Shown piece after piece: positions 35,165-48,485 of a stretch of 64,000 nt of DNA; within the stretch, counting starts at the first letter, position 1; each line of letters starts with the position of its first letter. A model generated the notes under the pieces. That model was not told the DNA's origin. It was given only the letters and a program-made list of their open reading frames with translations, and did not search any database. The stretch is taken from contig OX597838.1 in assembly GCA_951406725.2 (NCBI GenBank), positions 41,044,001 to 41,108,000 of the forward strand, in the 5' to 3' direction. The DNA is from Octopus vulgaris. Lineage: Eukaryota. The position numbers and the translations under genes are program-made.

Positions 35165-35491
35165 CAAATGTGTAAAAGAAACTGTGTATATATGCGTGTA
35201 TATATGTATAATTTGACTATTGGCTTATAGCTTTTAATATTGAACAGATGAGTAAAATTTAGGTGTGTATATACATATACGCTGTTATATATTTTAAGTG
35301 TTACTCAAGGACCTATGTACATATGCACACGTCTAATCACTTGTCATAGCTTTACCAAAGCATTATATATATATGTATGTATGGGCAGACACATAATCGT
35401 CTGTATATACACACACCAAGATGTTACTCATCTGCTGTTCAATGTTAAAAGCGATGAACCAATCGCTAAATTATATATACACACATTGTCT

Positions 35492-35527
<36 letters not shown>

Positions 35528-35641
35528 CTTTGTACACAATGTTGGTAAAGCTAAGACCGTCATTAGACAGATGTGTGTATCTGTGTACGTAGGTCCTTGA
35601 TTTACTCTTAAAAGCATGTCGGTATATATATATATATATAC

Positions 35642-35991
35642 ACTCTTTTACTTGTTTCAGTCATTTGACTGCGGCCATGCTGGAGCACCGCCTTTAGTCG
35701 AGCAAATCGACCCCGGGACTTATTCTCTTGTAAGCCCAGTACTTATTCTATCGGTCTCTTTTTTGCGGAACCGCTAAGTGACGGGGACGTAAACACACCA
35801 GCATCGGTTGTCAAGCAATGCTAGGAGGACACACACAAACACACACATATATATATATATATATACATATATTCGACGGGCTTCTTTCAGTTTCCGTCTA
35901 CCAAATCCACTCACAAGGCTTTGGTCGGCCCGAGGCTATAGTAGAAGACATTTGCCCAAGGTGCCACGCAGTGGGAATGAACCCGGAACCA

Positions 35992-35994
<3 letters not shown>
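35642..35994 (-). mobile_element. SINE family A
   Basis: Matches consensus; head truncated. Confidence 0.9.
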
Positions 35995-36024
<30 letters not shown>

Positions 36025-36661
36025 ATATTAGGAAAAAAAAACACCTTTTATCAATTCAAAATGAATAATTGAATTACACCATCTAGAAAATTACATATAA
36101 TAGAAAAGTTAAAATTAAAATAACAATAAAAAGTAAAGATTAAGTAAATTACAAAAATAATAAAATGTATACAAATTGAATTCTTTTTCCTTGTAAGTTT
36201 GGATTTTATTCTCTCAAATAATAATTTTATATATATTTATATATACATACCTACAAGGAACATATGAATTCTGATGGAACTAAACGAAAGGTTAAATAGT
36301 TCCACTCTTCTTAAAAATATGAACGGGAGAATAAAGTAAAAGAACAGTGACCAACTCTAAAATGTAATAAACCAACAGCTTGGGTGATTCTACTTGTTGG
36401 AAATAACAGCAAAATCACCCTTTAAACAACTGTCATAAAAGGAAGGACACAGTTGGACAACGTATTAATACTAACATACAAGTAGTGTTATAGTCACTGG
36501 ATTTTGGCCATGCTGGGGCACCGCCTTCAAGGGTTTAGTCAAACAAGTCGACCCCAGGACTTTTTGAAGTGTAGTAGTCTACCGTTCTTTTTCACCGAAC
36601 TTGAGTTATGGGAGCGTAAACAAACCAACACCGGCTTGTCAAGCGACGTTAGGGAAGACAC

Positions 36662-36720
<59 letters not shown>

Positions 36721-37006
36721 ACGTGAATGTGTGTGTGTGTATATAATATATATGCCAGGCTACCACGTAAACAAGTACCAACGGTAGAATTCTGGTTTAC
36801 GAACTCCAATATAACCCATCATAACTTTTATGGGGTTTTTTGGGGGGAATTTTCAGAAAATTTTTGAGTTTGTGTTCTACGCGCGGGAATTGATACAATT
36901 ATGAAAAAAAAAATGTTTATCTTTACACCGTTCTCCCATAAATCTTAAAATTTCCGCTCTTCTGAATTAAAAAAAAAAAATCAGTCCTAATTTTTTGCTT
37001 AAATCC

Positions 37007-37158
37007 CTGTGTGGTGAGTAGCTTGCTTACCAACCACATGGTTACGGGTTCAGTTCCACTGCGTTGCATCTTGGGCAAGTGTCTTCTACTATAGCCTCGG
37101 GCCGACCAAAGCCTTGTGAGTGGATTTGGTAGACGGAAACTGAAAGAAGCACGTCGTA

Positions 37159-37211
<53 letters not shown>

Positions 37212-37411
37212 TTGTGTGTGTGTTTGTCCCCCTCGAATTGCTTGACAACCGATGCTGGTGTGTTTACGTCCCTGTCACTTAGCGGTTCGGCAAAAGAGAC
37301 CGATAGAATAAGTACTGGGCTTACAAAGAATAAGTCCCGGGGTCGATTTGCTCGACTAAAGGCGGTGCTCCAGCATGGCCGCAGTCAAATGACTGAAACA
37401 AGTAAAAGAGT
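37007..37411 (+). mobile_element. SINE family A
   Basis: Matches consensus. Confidence 0.9.
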
Positions 37412-37969
37412 AATGGATCAATGTTGGGTGCATCATTTCATTAAATGGGGAGAAAATCTTAAAAAAACCCTCAGCTATCAGAATAACAAAGGAACGTGGA
37501 ATGTGTCTGGTGGGTCGGGAGATGTGCTAGAATCACCAGCTAAGTCTCCCTTAAATCACACACAAAAAAAATATTTTTTTGCATAATGGTATGAATTCCC
37601 GGGTGTAGGACACAAATTCGAAATAACTTACTGAAGATTCGGAGAAATAAAGTTATGAGTAATAATGGGGTGCTTGGATTACCCTACCAAATTCACTTAC
37701 AGAACCAGAGTGACAAGCGGAAGACACTTGGCCAAGGTGCCGCGCAGGGGGCACTAAACTCAGTACTACGTGGTTGCAAAGTGAACGCAACTATACAAGT
37801 CTCGAACCCCCTTTTTTTTCTTTTTTTTCATCTTGGGGGCCAACTGTCAACCCGTTTCAAGACACAAAAACGAAGAATCGAAGCGTGGGTACGTGGTGGT
37901 GGTGGTGGTGGTGGGGAGGGATATAACGTAAACGTATTCTTAATACAGAAACCATTCCTGGAACCCCTA

Positions 37970-38080
37970 TCCTCTGTCTCTCTCACTCTCTCTCTCTCTC
38001 TTTCTTACTCTGTCTGTCTGTCTGTCTCTCTGTGTCTGTCTGTCTATCTCTCTGTCTGTCTGTCTCTCTCTCTGTGTCTG

Positions 38081-38115
<35 letters not shown>

Positions 38116-38315
38116 GTCTGTCTGTCTCTCTCTCTGTCTGTCTCTCTCTCTCTGTCTGTCTCTCTCTCTGTCTGTCTCTCTGTCTGTCTCTCTCTCTCTC
38201 TGTCTCTGTCTGTCTCTCTGTCTGTCTGTCTGTCTCTCTTCCTATCTCTCTCTCTTCGTCTCTCTCTTACTCTCTTCCTATCTCTCTTCCTTTCTCTCTC
38301 TCTCTCTCTCTCTGT
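37970..38315. repeat. (CT)n/(CTGT)n polypyrimidine microsatellite
   Basis: Seen directly; source of the spurious S/L/C-rich ORFs. Confidence 0.95.
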
Positions 38316-38975
38316 GTTTCTTCCTATGTGAAATATTAATATATTTGGGTTTTTTCTCCTCTTATATTCTCAAGCCATCGGTGAGTGAGCCTCACCCCTT
38401 TTCCTATTCCCATGACTCAGTCACTGGTCAGCAGTCTTCTTCGGTAAAACCAAGTTAGGCATTCGTCCACAAAATAAGGAATGACTGACTCCATTATTCG
38501 CGTTGCTTTCTTTTATAGTTTTGTGTCTGTAGAACAAATATTTTAGAATAAGTTCGGCCTTATTTTTATAGACTCTCTCTCTCTCTCTCACTGTGTATGT
38601 ATAGCTATCCTTCGGTATTGGTCTAGTGTGTCGGTGTGAGGAGACGACGTAATTCACCCACCTCTTTGTCTTAAGGTGTGTGTGTGTGTGTGTGAATGAC
38701 GTCATGTACTAATACCGAAGGATGGTCGTGTGATTATATAAACACTGTCACATTTTGCTGTGTATTTAAACATTAATCTGACCGTTCGCAACAACATTCT
38801 TCAGTATATAAATTATCTCGCGTGTGTGTGTGTGTGTGTGTGTGTGTGTTAATGTAACGGCGTGTGTGCAAATCACTATGTAATTAAGGATACATAACGT
38901 TTGTATAACACACGAACTGTGCGTGTTTATGTATGTATACACACACACACACATACAAACAGAGGGACATGTATA

Positions 38976-39475
38976 TTCTTTTACCCTTTTATTTGTTTCA
39001 GTCATTTGACTGCGGCCATGCTGGAGCACCGCCTTTAGTCGAGCAACTCGACCCCGGGACTTATTCTTTGTAAGCCCAGTACTTATTCTATCGGTCTCTT
39101 TTGCCGAACCGTAAACACACCAGCATCGGTTGTCAAGCAATGCTAGGAGGACACACACACATACACATATATATATATATATATATACACATATATTCGA
39201 CGGGCTTCTTTCAGTTTCCGTCTACCAAATCCACTCACAAGGCTTTGGTCGGCCCGAGGGGGACAAACACAGACACACAAACACACACAAACATATATAT
39301 GTACATATATACGACAGGCTTCTTTCAGTTTCCGTCTACCAAATCCACTCACAAGGCATTGGTCGGCCCGGGGCTATAGCAGAAGACACTTGCCCAAGAT
39401 GCCACGCAGTGGGACTGAACCCGGAACCATGTGGTTGGTTAGCAAGCTACTTACCACACAGCCACTCCTGCGCCT
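38976..39475 (-). mobile_element. SINE A with duplicated middle segment
   Basis: The microsatellite-to-ggtcggccc segment occurs twice, with different subfamily-diagnostic bases. Confidence 0.85.
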
Positions 39476-40199
39476 ATATGTATATATACATATGTGTATG
39501 TATATAAAATGTGTATATTCAATTTGTCACTTGTTTGACTGTGGCCATGATGGGTTTTCGACGGTATCCAATCAGATATTTTGCCGAACCGCTAAGTTAT
39601 GGAGACAAACTCACCATCTGTTTGTCAAGCGATGGTGGGGGACAAATGAATAGAATCTGTTTTATATACATAATTATATATTCATAAACATACATTTTTA
39701 CACGTTTTATATGTAAAAATATACATTTTACATTCAGGTTTTATATATATATATATATATATATAACATTTTACACTTTTAATATACATTTTATATACTT
39801 AGTGTCTCGGCAGAATGAGTTTTAAAAAAAGCAAGCAGGTATTGAGTTTGATTTGTTCAACCACACTGCTCAAGACGTTGCCCCAGCATGGCCACAGTTC
39901 AGTGACTGAAACAACTGCGGCCATGCAGGAGCACTGCCTTTAGTCAAACAAATCAACTCCAGGACATACTTTGTAAGCCTAGTGCTTCTTCTATCGGTAT
40001 TTTTAGCCGAACCGCTAAGTTACGGGGACGTAAACACACCAAAATCGGTTGTCAAACGATGGTGGGGGAACAAGCAGACAAGACCCAAATACATGCATGC
40101 ATACATATATATGAATGTAGACAGCCGACAACTGATGAAGGGTCGTTCTCCGTGTTATCCAGTTTTCGCATATATATATATATATATATAGAGTAGTGT

Positions 40200-40657
40200 G
40201 CCCATTCAAAGTACCTTGGATTCCAGAACATCCCGCTGTGCTTGAGGAGACCTTTTGAGTCAAGTACATGAGCATCGAAATAAATATCAATGGAAATAGT
40301 AGTTGTGATCCCTGTGCCAGTGGCACATAAAAAGCACCATCCGAACGTGGCCGTTGCCAGCGCCGCCTCAACTGGCTTCTATGCCCGTGGCCGATGCCAG
40401 CGCCACCTTCGCTGGCTTCCGTGCACCAAAAAGCACCAACCAATCGTGGCCCATGCCAGACTCCCCTGGCATCTGTGCAGGTGGCACTTAAAAAGCACCC
40501 TCTACACTCATGGAGTGGTTTGCATTAGGAAGGGCATCCAGCTGTAGAAACACTGCCAGATTAGACTGGAGCCTGATGCAGCCTCCTGGCTTCCCAGACC
40601 CCGGTCGAACCGTCCAACCCGTGCTAGCGTGGAAAACTGACGTTAAATGATGATGAT
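40200..40657 (+). mobile_element. RTE 3'-UTR fragment
   Basis: Ends aaccgtccaacccgtgctagcgtggaaaactgacgttaaa(tga)n; related to the 3' end of the 14359-16982 element. Confidence 0.75.
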
Positions 40658-43204
40658 TGTGTGTGTGACGTGTTTCTTTCAATTTCTGTCTACCAAATCC
40701 ACTCAGGGCTTTGGTCAACACGAGACTATGGTAGAAGACGCTTAGCCAAGGTGCCACGCAGTGGGACTGAACTCGGAACCATGTCAATAAGAAGCAAGCT
40801 TCTTACCACACGGTAAATAAATATGACTAGCACTGCCATTGCTTCTCAAAAGCCTATGTGGTTTCAATTTTGAGTCGCACTTGTGTTGGTATTTAGGTCC
40901 TGGAGGAATTTTAAGAGCGGGTTTCATGTTTCTTCTGTTGCTGCCTCACGGTGTTCATTGATTTATTGATTTCCCGCCATATTTGGGTAAGTGTTCCTCC
41001 CTTCCAACTTTGTTTCCTCATAACATTCAGAAAAATGGATGTTTTTTTTTAAAATGTAATTTTCCATAAATACATTTTATACGGTATAGATTCCGATCGT
41101 ATCAGAATTTAGCGTTGAAAAAAATTGGTGAGTGCATATGTACTGAATGCTTTTTTTTTTTTTTTTTTTCAAAATTTCAAACTTCATGTAGACGTGCTCA
41201 CTTTTTTCTTTTTTCTTACATCTGATATAATCGTAATTTACATCATCTGAGAGGTATTTGTAGAAAAATTCATTCGAAAACATTCTTCTGAAAATTATTT
41301 GGGAACAGTCGAAGTGGGGGTAGGTGCACACTTATGTAGGTTTTACTTTTTTCGGGTTGCTCCACTCGTCTCAGTGAGTAGTACCTGTAATTCGAAAGGG
41401 CCAGCTCTGTCACGTTCTGTAGTGCCACGTTGAATCTCCCTGAGCACTACGTTAAGGGTACGCGTGTCTGTGGAGTGCTCAGCCACTTGCAAGTTAATTT
41501 CACAAGCAGGCTGTTCCGTTGATCGGATCAACTGGAACACTCTTCATCACAACTGACGGAGAGCCAAGCCTGCATCGAGTTCGAATTATGCCAAGGTGGA
41601 CATTACCTTTCAAGCTTCACTTAGGTCGACAAAGTACCCACAAGTCACGTACTGGGGTTGGATGTAAAATATAATCTAGTCCCTCCCCAAAATATGTACC
41701 TTATGCAAATGTCAGGAATTGTGTTCTTCTACTTAAGATACAATGTCCGGAAGTGTTTTATTTTGCTCGAGTGAACCTTCATAGCCATTCGATGTCTAAA
41801 AAAATCGTATTATATTTTTATCCGTAAATTGTATAAAAAAAAGTAGGTATTGTGGAAGTATAACTAATTTATGGATCTTTAAGGGTCATATGGGTCCTGA
41901 TTGAGGACAACCGGTTTAGTTGATGCCATAGACTCTGTACTTGACAGATATTTTTTATTGAACCTAGAGATAAACGGGACAGCACGGAATTGTTTCGGAT
42001 TCTCTAACAATTCTATTCACCAGTTATAATAATAATTTCAATTTTGCCACAAGGGCAGCTTAGGGGAGGTGGAGGTGAGTCGATTATATCAACCCTAGTG
42101 TTCTTACTTTATTGAGTCCGAAAGGATGAAAGGCAACCTCAGCAGAATTTGAACTCAACGTAGCAACAGGCGAAATTCTGCTAAGCATTTTGCCCGGCGT
42201 GCTAACGATTTTACCAGCTCGCCGAATAATAATAATCATCATCATCATTTAACGTCCGCTTTCCATTAAATGATGATGATTATTATTATTCGGCGAGCTG
42301 GTAAAATGTCCTGATGCAGTTCCAGGCAGTGGCTCTCGTGGCTTCTGATCTTAACTGATTGGAAGTGTTATCATGTACATTGTTTTGTCTTGCTATAATA
42401 GATGAGCTACAGCAAATATTCTGCTCAATACCACAGATTTGCTTCTCAGTTGTTTGACCATAACCAGTTGAGCATGTCCCTTAGTGGCTGACGATATGTG
42501 CATCTCTGATCACGAGCAGAAGTTGCTGGGGAGCATCATAGACGTGTGTGATAGGAATTCTTAGAGGTTTGGATAATTCACCTTTGGAAACATGGGTGGT
42601 TCATTCAACATCCTTAACCCTTATTCAGGGACCTTTTGTGCGGAATGGGTTACTCGACCAGAAAAAAAATTCTAACTGGGCCCCACCTGCAAGGTCATGC
42701 GCTGTTTATCTTGATATGAAATCACCATGTCGCGCACATATGGTTGTATGTGCCTAGTGTACCCTTATCAGACAAGTAGTCATGATGGTTATACTGGGCT
42801 TCATATATTTGTACCCCAGTGTCACTTTGATGGCATGCGCTGCTCTCTCACTCAATAATAATAATAATAATAATGACGATGATTTCAGATTTTGGCTCAA
42901 GGTGAACACTCTTTTTAGGAAGAGGTTCTACGTCGATGGCATCGACCCCATTGCTCAATTGTTATATATTTTATTGATTTCCCGAAAAGATGAAATGCTG
43001 CAGAAGGTGAAGAGCCGGAATAAATGCTGGCAACCAATTCTCCCAGCTCACAGCCCATTAAAAAAAAAAGTTTGTTTTGCAAGATTCTTCATGTGAAATC
43101 GTATTGAAACAATGTTACACCTGCGATGGTCATATTTTGCCTATTAGACACACATTGTTAATTCTATCTTATCTTCACCTTTGGCTTTATTTTAATAACT
43201 TTAC

Positions 43205-43235
<31 letters not shown>

Positions 43236-43242
43236 GCTTTTG

Positions 43243-43632
43243 CTCTTTTACTTGTTTCAGTCATTTGACTGTGGCCATGCTGGAGCACCGCCTTTAGTCG
43301 AGCAAATCGACCCTGGACTTATTCCTTGTAAGCCTAGTACTTATTCTATTGGTCCTTTTTGCCGAACCGCTAAGTTACGAGGACGTAAACGCACCAGCAT
43401 TGGTTGTCAAGCGATGTTGGGTGGGGGTGGGGCAAATACAGGCACACAAACATACACGCGCACATACATATATACGACGTGCTTCTTTCAGTTTCCATCT
43501 ACCAAATCCACTCTCAAGGCTTTGGTCGGCTCGAGGCTATAGTAGAAGACACTTGCCCAAGGTGCCACGCAATGGAAATGAACCCGGAACCATGTGGTTC
43601 GTAAGCTAGCTACTTACCCCACAGCCACTCCT
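43243..43632 (-). mobile_element. SINE family A
   Basis: Matches consensus. Confidence 0.88.
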
Positions 43633-43944
43633 ACACACACATACACATATATAATGTCGGCTGTGAAGTTACATAATTGACTTGTGTATTTCGTATAAAA
43701 GTACATCGCATGAAACTTTCGGCCCTTGAGTAAAAATAAAAATAAGGTCACTTACATAACTTTACAGCTGATTAATATGTGTGTATAACTGAAATTAAGA
43801 AACAACTCAGTTAAAATTTTAAAAGATTTCAACGGAATTAGTTTTGGCGAGTTGCCGAATACTGGATGTTTGGGTAGGCCTGTTGTATGCATTTGTTAAA
43901 TTAAAAATAATTCTGTGTAGGAACTTGTCTTTAATAAAAGTTTT

Positions 43945-44341
43945 GGATCTATTCGGTTTGAACGGCAGATTTTTCTAGCGGTATCGTATGAAATTGTCCC
44001 CCATAATTATGACCCTAGTATTGATCTATTGCATTTCAATCTAATTTAGGGGTGGGGGAAGGGTATCTTTTTTTTCTTCAGAAATGTAAATACACCCAAT
44101 CTGTTTCTTAAACAAGGGACGTATTCATACGGCACTGAATGTTTTCACCTCAATAGATGGTCATTAATTGGTTGAAATTGAAGAAATTGAAGAAAAAAAC
44201 ACAACAAATATCTTACAAACTATAGAATTTTCTCAAAGCCAAGAGAAAGATGTTTTATAAACACATTCTACCAGTATATGAAGTTAAAAATTTTTTTAGT
44301 TACCGAGAAATTAAAAACTCCCGTTCAAACCGAAAAGATCC
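43945..44341 (+). mobile_element. GGATC-TIR MITE
   Basis: Both TIRs; TSD aaagtttt/caagtttt (7 of 8). Confidence 0.9.
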
Positions 44342-44473
44342 CAAGTTTTTTTTTCATGTTTTAGTCAAATGGTGCGTGTTTATCATATGAAATGTGTTTT
44401 TTCTCCAAATATTTAGCGATATGGATGAAATGGTTAATAACCGTTTGTATATAAAGTTAGATGGAATAGATAA

Positions 44474-44880
44474 TCTTTTACTTGTTTCAGTCATTTGACT
44501 GCGGCCATGCTGGAGCACCGTCTTTAGTCGAGCAAATCGACCCCGGGACTTATTCTTTGTAAGCCCAGTACTTATTCTATCGGTCTCTTTTGCCGAACCG
44601 CTAAGTGACAGGGGACATAAACACACAAGCATCGGTTGTCAAGCAATGCTAGGGGGACAAACACAGACACAAACACACACACACACACACACACACATAC
44701 ATATATATAAATATACATATATACGACAGGCTTCTTTCAGTTTCCGTCTACCAAATCCACTCACAAGGCATTGGTCGGCCCGGGGCTATAGCAGAAGACA
44801 CTTGCCCAAGATGCCACGCAGTGGGACTGAACCCGGAACCATGTGGTTGGTTAGCAAGCTACTTACCACACAGCCACTCC
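44474..44880 (-). mobile_element. SINE family A
   Basis: Matches consensus. Confidence 0.9.
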
Positions 44881-46385
44881 ATGGGTTTAAGTGATTTAAA
44901 AAGAAAATTAATGGTATTTTTTAAATCGGTTTCAAACCTTCAACATAGCGGTGGTGCCCCAGCATGGCCGCAGCCTTCGGGCTAAAACATTTTTAAGGAT
45001 TTATAGCTCTTCAATGTGTGTGTGCTTTAGACTTGTACACATTTTCTCCCTCTCTCTTTCACTCGTTCTCTTTCGTTGTCTGCCTCTTTGTCTCACTCGC
45101 TTTCTTTCTTTCTCTAACACCAGCAGCATCTTGGAATATTATTTTAAATCCTTTCAGAATGAATAATTGTTCTTTCGTTAAAATTTTAGCCCCATTTTAA
45201 CATCAAACCTGCCTCTAGTGTTTTTTAAAAACTCTTCACTTTTCCATCATAATTTTGTTGTCTCCAGCAACTGGACTGGCTTTAAATATCAGTTCTGTTA
45301 TTTTATCCCTCACGGAGTGGTTGGCGTTAGGAAGGGCATCTAGCCGTAGAAGCACTGCCAGATCAGACTGGGCCTGATGCAGCCTTCTGGCTTCACGGAC
45401 CCCAGTTGAACCGTCCAACCCATGCTAGCATGGAAAGCGGACGCTGAATGATGATGATGATTAAGTCGTCCCCAAATTCTTAATTTCGAAATTGAAGCCT
45501 TGTATTTCATCAAAGTCAGATTTTTTCTTTTAATAACTTCATCTTTTACAATATTGTTCTTTCAACCATTCGACTGCGGCCATGCTGGGACATCGTCTTC
45601 CCAGAGTTTCAGTCTCCATTTGTTACTTTCGAAGTCGAGTACTTTCGGTCTCTGTCGCCGAACCTTTAAGTTGGTGATGTAAACAAACCTACACCCAATA
45701 AGTGGGTGATCGACACCCTCATGCACTGAAACATACATACCGGGCTTTTGCACAGTTTCCTTCCAAATTCACTCGAAAGACATTGGTCAGCCTGGAACCA
45801 GCAGAAGACACTTGCCCAAGTTGCTGTACAGTGAGACTGAACTCGCAACCTCGTGGTTGCAGAGCAAACTTCATAGCCAGACAGCCATGGCCACGCATAT
45901 ATATATATATATATATATCCCAACCTGTAAAGCCTGGAATTTATTCTCTCAGCCTCTTTTACTGAAGCATTGTCACTGGGATATAAACAAACCAACACCA
46001 GTTGTCAAGCAATGATGACACATTGTTTCAGTTTTCACCAAATCCACTCCCAAGTCTTTAGTCATCCTGAGGTGCCATGCAGTGGGACTGAACCTGGGAC
46101 CATATGATTGGGAAGCAATCCATGCCTATAGTGTGTGTGTGTGTGTGGCATTTTTTTCCTCAACGACAAAAATATATGTCACTAATGACATACACCACAA
46201 GCGAACATAACAGGCTTGTACGTTAGTGGTCCCTGCTTTTTTTTGTTTCTCTACGAAGGACCTCTTATTTAAACGGATTCTCCCACAGGCCGCAGGTTTT
46301 TGAATAATGTCTACTCCAGTCACAATGTTTATCACCTAACTTGTTTTCCCAGTTTCATCTCTCAACTGAAAAATATTTGTAACAG

Positions 46386-46805
46386 TATGAGGGTCAGCTG
46401 AAAAGTTCATATGCTGATCAAGATAAGTCTCATGGAATGTGACCAAATGAGGTTTATTTTTCAACATAGTCCCCCCCCCCCTTGCACTCCAGACATCTTT
46501 CATTGGTGTTGTAGTGCTTGGATTCCATTGGTGAAGAAGCTTTCATCCTGTTGTTCAGAATCGGCACCGACAGTAGATATGTCATCATTGTGATACTGGT
46601 CCCCAGCCAAGTGTCTTTTCATGTTGAACAGATGATAGTCAGACGGGGCCAACCAGGACAATTGTGTGTGTGTGTGTGGGGGGGGGGGTGATCTACCACT
46701 TCAAATCCAGTTATGCACAGCAGCCACTGAAACCAAGGACTTGTGGGCTGGAGCATTGTCCTGATAAAACAAAACCCCTTTTGTCAGTTTTCCTGGGCAT
46801 TTGGT
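46386..46805 (-). pseudogene. Mariner transposase 3' fragment with one TIR
   Basis: TA-tgagggtcagctgaaaagttc end; sequence duplicated at 48067-48385. Confidence 0.75.
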
Positions 46806-48061
46806 ATAGACATTAAATGACGAGATATACATACACTTGCACAAAATAAAAGTTATTCTTTCAAAATAGTCTCAGGACAAACACTCCCCAGGGGAGACGA
46901 CTCAAATACACATTTGGTTTTGTGAGGATATTAACCAAGCCAAACCACTCTCAAGCCATCTAAGAAAAACAAGGCACTCATTCGACTCGCTAGACAAAGC
47001 AGTCAAATCTTCATTACAGCCTTAAATAAAAACAAAAGCTGAATATAGGAGGAAGTTAGGGTTGGAAAGTCTTCGATCATAGATAGATGTGCAGGACCAA
47101 TGGTAACCAAAGGTTGAACAAATACACATATGCACCAAGTGACCTAACAAGGAAATTAACTGTTACAGAGGTGAGTCAGTGTTTGGGATCTTTTAAAATG
47201 CCCTACAATAAATTTTTAAAACTGCATCAACTGAAACCCTATTTGAGCTGACCAGTTTTACTGGATCAAAGGACTTCTGGTTATGAGTAACTGGAAATTT
47301 TTCCAGGGCACAGTCTTTATGGGCCTACATTAGTCCTGTGTAGTCCTTGATTTATCCAACACATTTGCATAAGTTTGACTGAAACATCGGTGCTTGTTTT
47401 CAAAGTTTAAACCTAATTTTAAATGTGGTTATGAGCAGAAACATGAGTGATGTAATAAGGCTCAGAATCATTATTTAGCATCCGTTTACCATGCTGGCAT
47501 GGGTTGGACAGTTTGACTGGAACTGGTAAGCCAGAGAGCTGCACGTGGCGCCAGTCTGTTTTGGCTTGTTTTCTCTGGCTAGATGCCCTTCCTAATGCTA
47601 ACCACTCAATAGTGTACTGGGTGCCTTTTACATGTCACCAACAACTGGCCAAATTCCTGCCCCTAATAATTTTCATAAGAGGACACAGGGCAACTAATCC
47701 ACACAAATATTTTGAAAGAAGCACATACTGTACGGCAGCTTGGGCAAGTGTCTTCTGCTGGTTCCAGGCTGATTCCAGGCCTTTCAAGTGAATTTGGAAG
47801 GAAACTGTGCAAAAGCCTGGTATGTATGTCTTGAGTGCATGAGGGTGTTGATCACCTCATCACCCACTTATCGAGTGTAGGTTTGTTTACATCACTAACT
47901 TAAAGGTTCGGCGACAGAGACCGAAAGTACTCGACTTCGAAAGTAACAAAGCACAAGGAAATATGAATAATAAATCACTTCAATTTAAAATGCTATCTTT
48001 TCTTTCTCTGTAAAACCTTTGTAAAATGTCATTTAGACAATTGCTAGTGTGTGGTAACAGA

Positions 48062-48485
48062 CATGTCCCCCCCTTGCACTCCAGACTTCTTCCATTGGTG
48101 TTGTAGTGCTTGGATTCCATTGGTGAAGAAGCTTTCATCCTGTTGTTCAGAATCGGCACCAACAGTAGATATGTCATCATTGTGATACTGGTCCCCAGCC
48201 AAGTGTCTTTTCATGTTGGAGAACAGATGATAGTCAGACGGGGCCAAACCAGGAGAATAGGGGGGGGTGATCTACCACTTCAAATCCAGTTATGCACAGC
48301 AGCCACTGAAACCAAGGACTTGTGGGCTGGAGCATTGTCCTGATAAAACAAAACCCCTTTTGTCAGTTTTCCTGGCCATTTGGTCTTGATAGCCTTTTGT
48401 AACTGCCTCAGTAAGTTGGCATAGTACTCTCCATTGATAGTGTGACCCTTTTGAAGATTGTCAAACACAATGCCTTTTGCATCCG
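48062..48485 (-). pseudogene. Mariner transposase catalytic-domain fragment
   Basis: TINGEYYANLL...LFYQDNAPAHKS and APSDYHLFSNMK in shifted frames. Confidence 0.85.

Noticed and set aside
40125-40170. Fifth hammerhead (CTGATGAAGGG)
   Set aside because: Cut off by (TA)n before any GAAAC/GTA half; only a relic.
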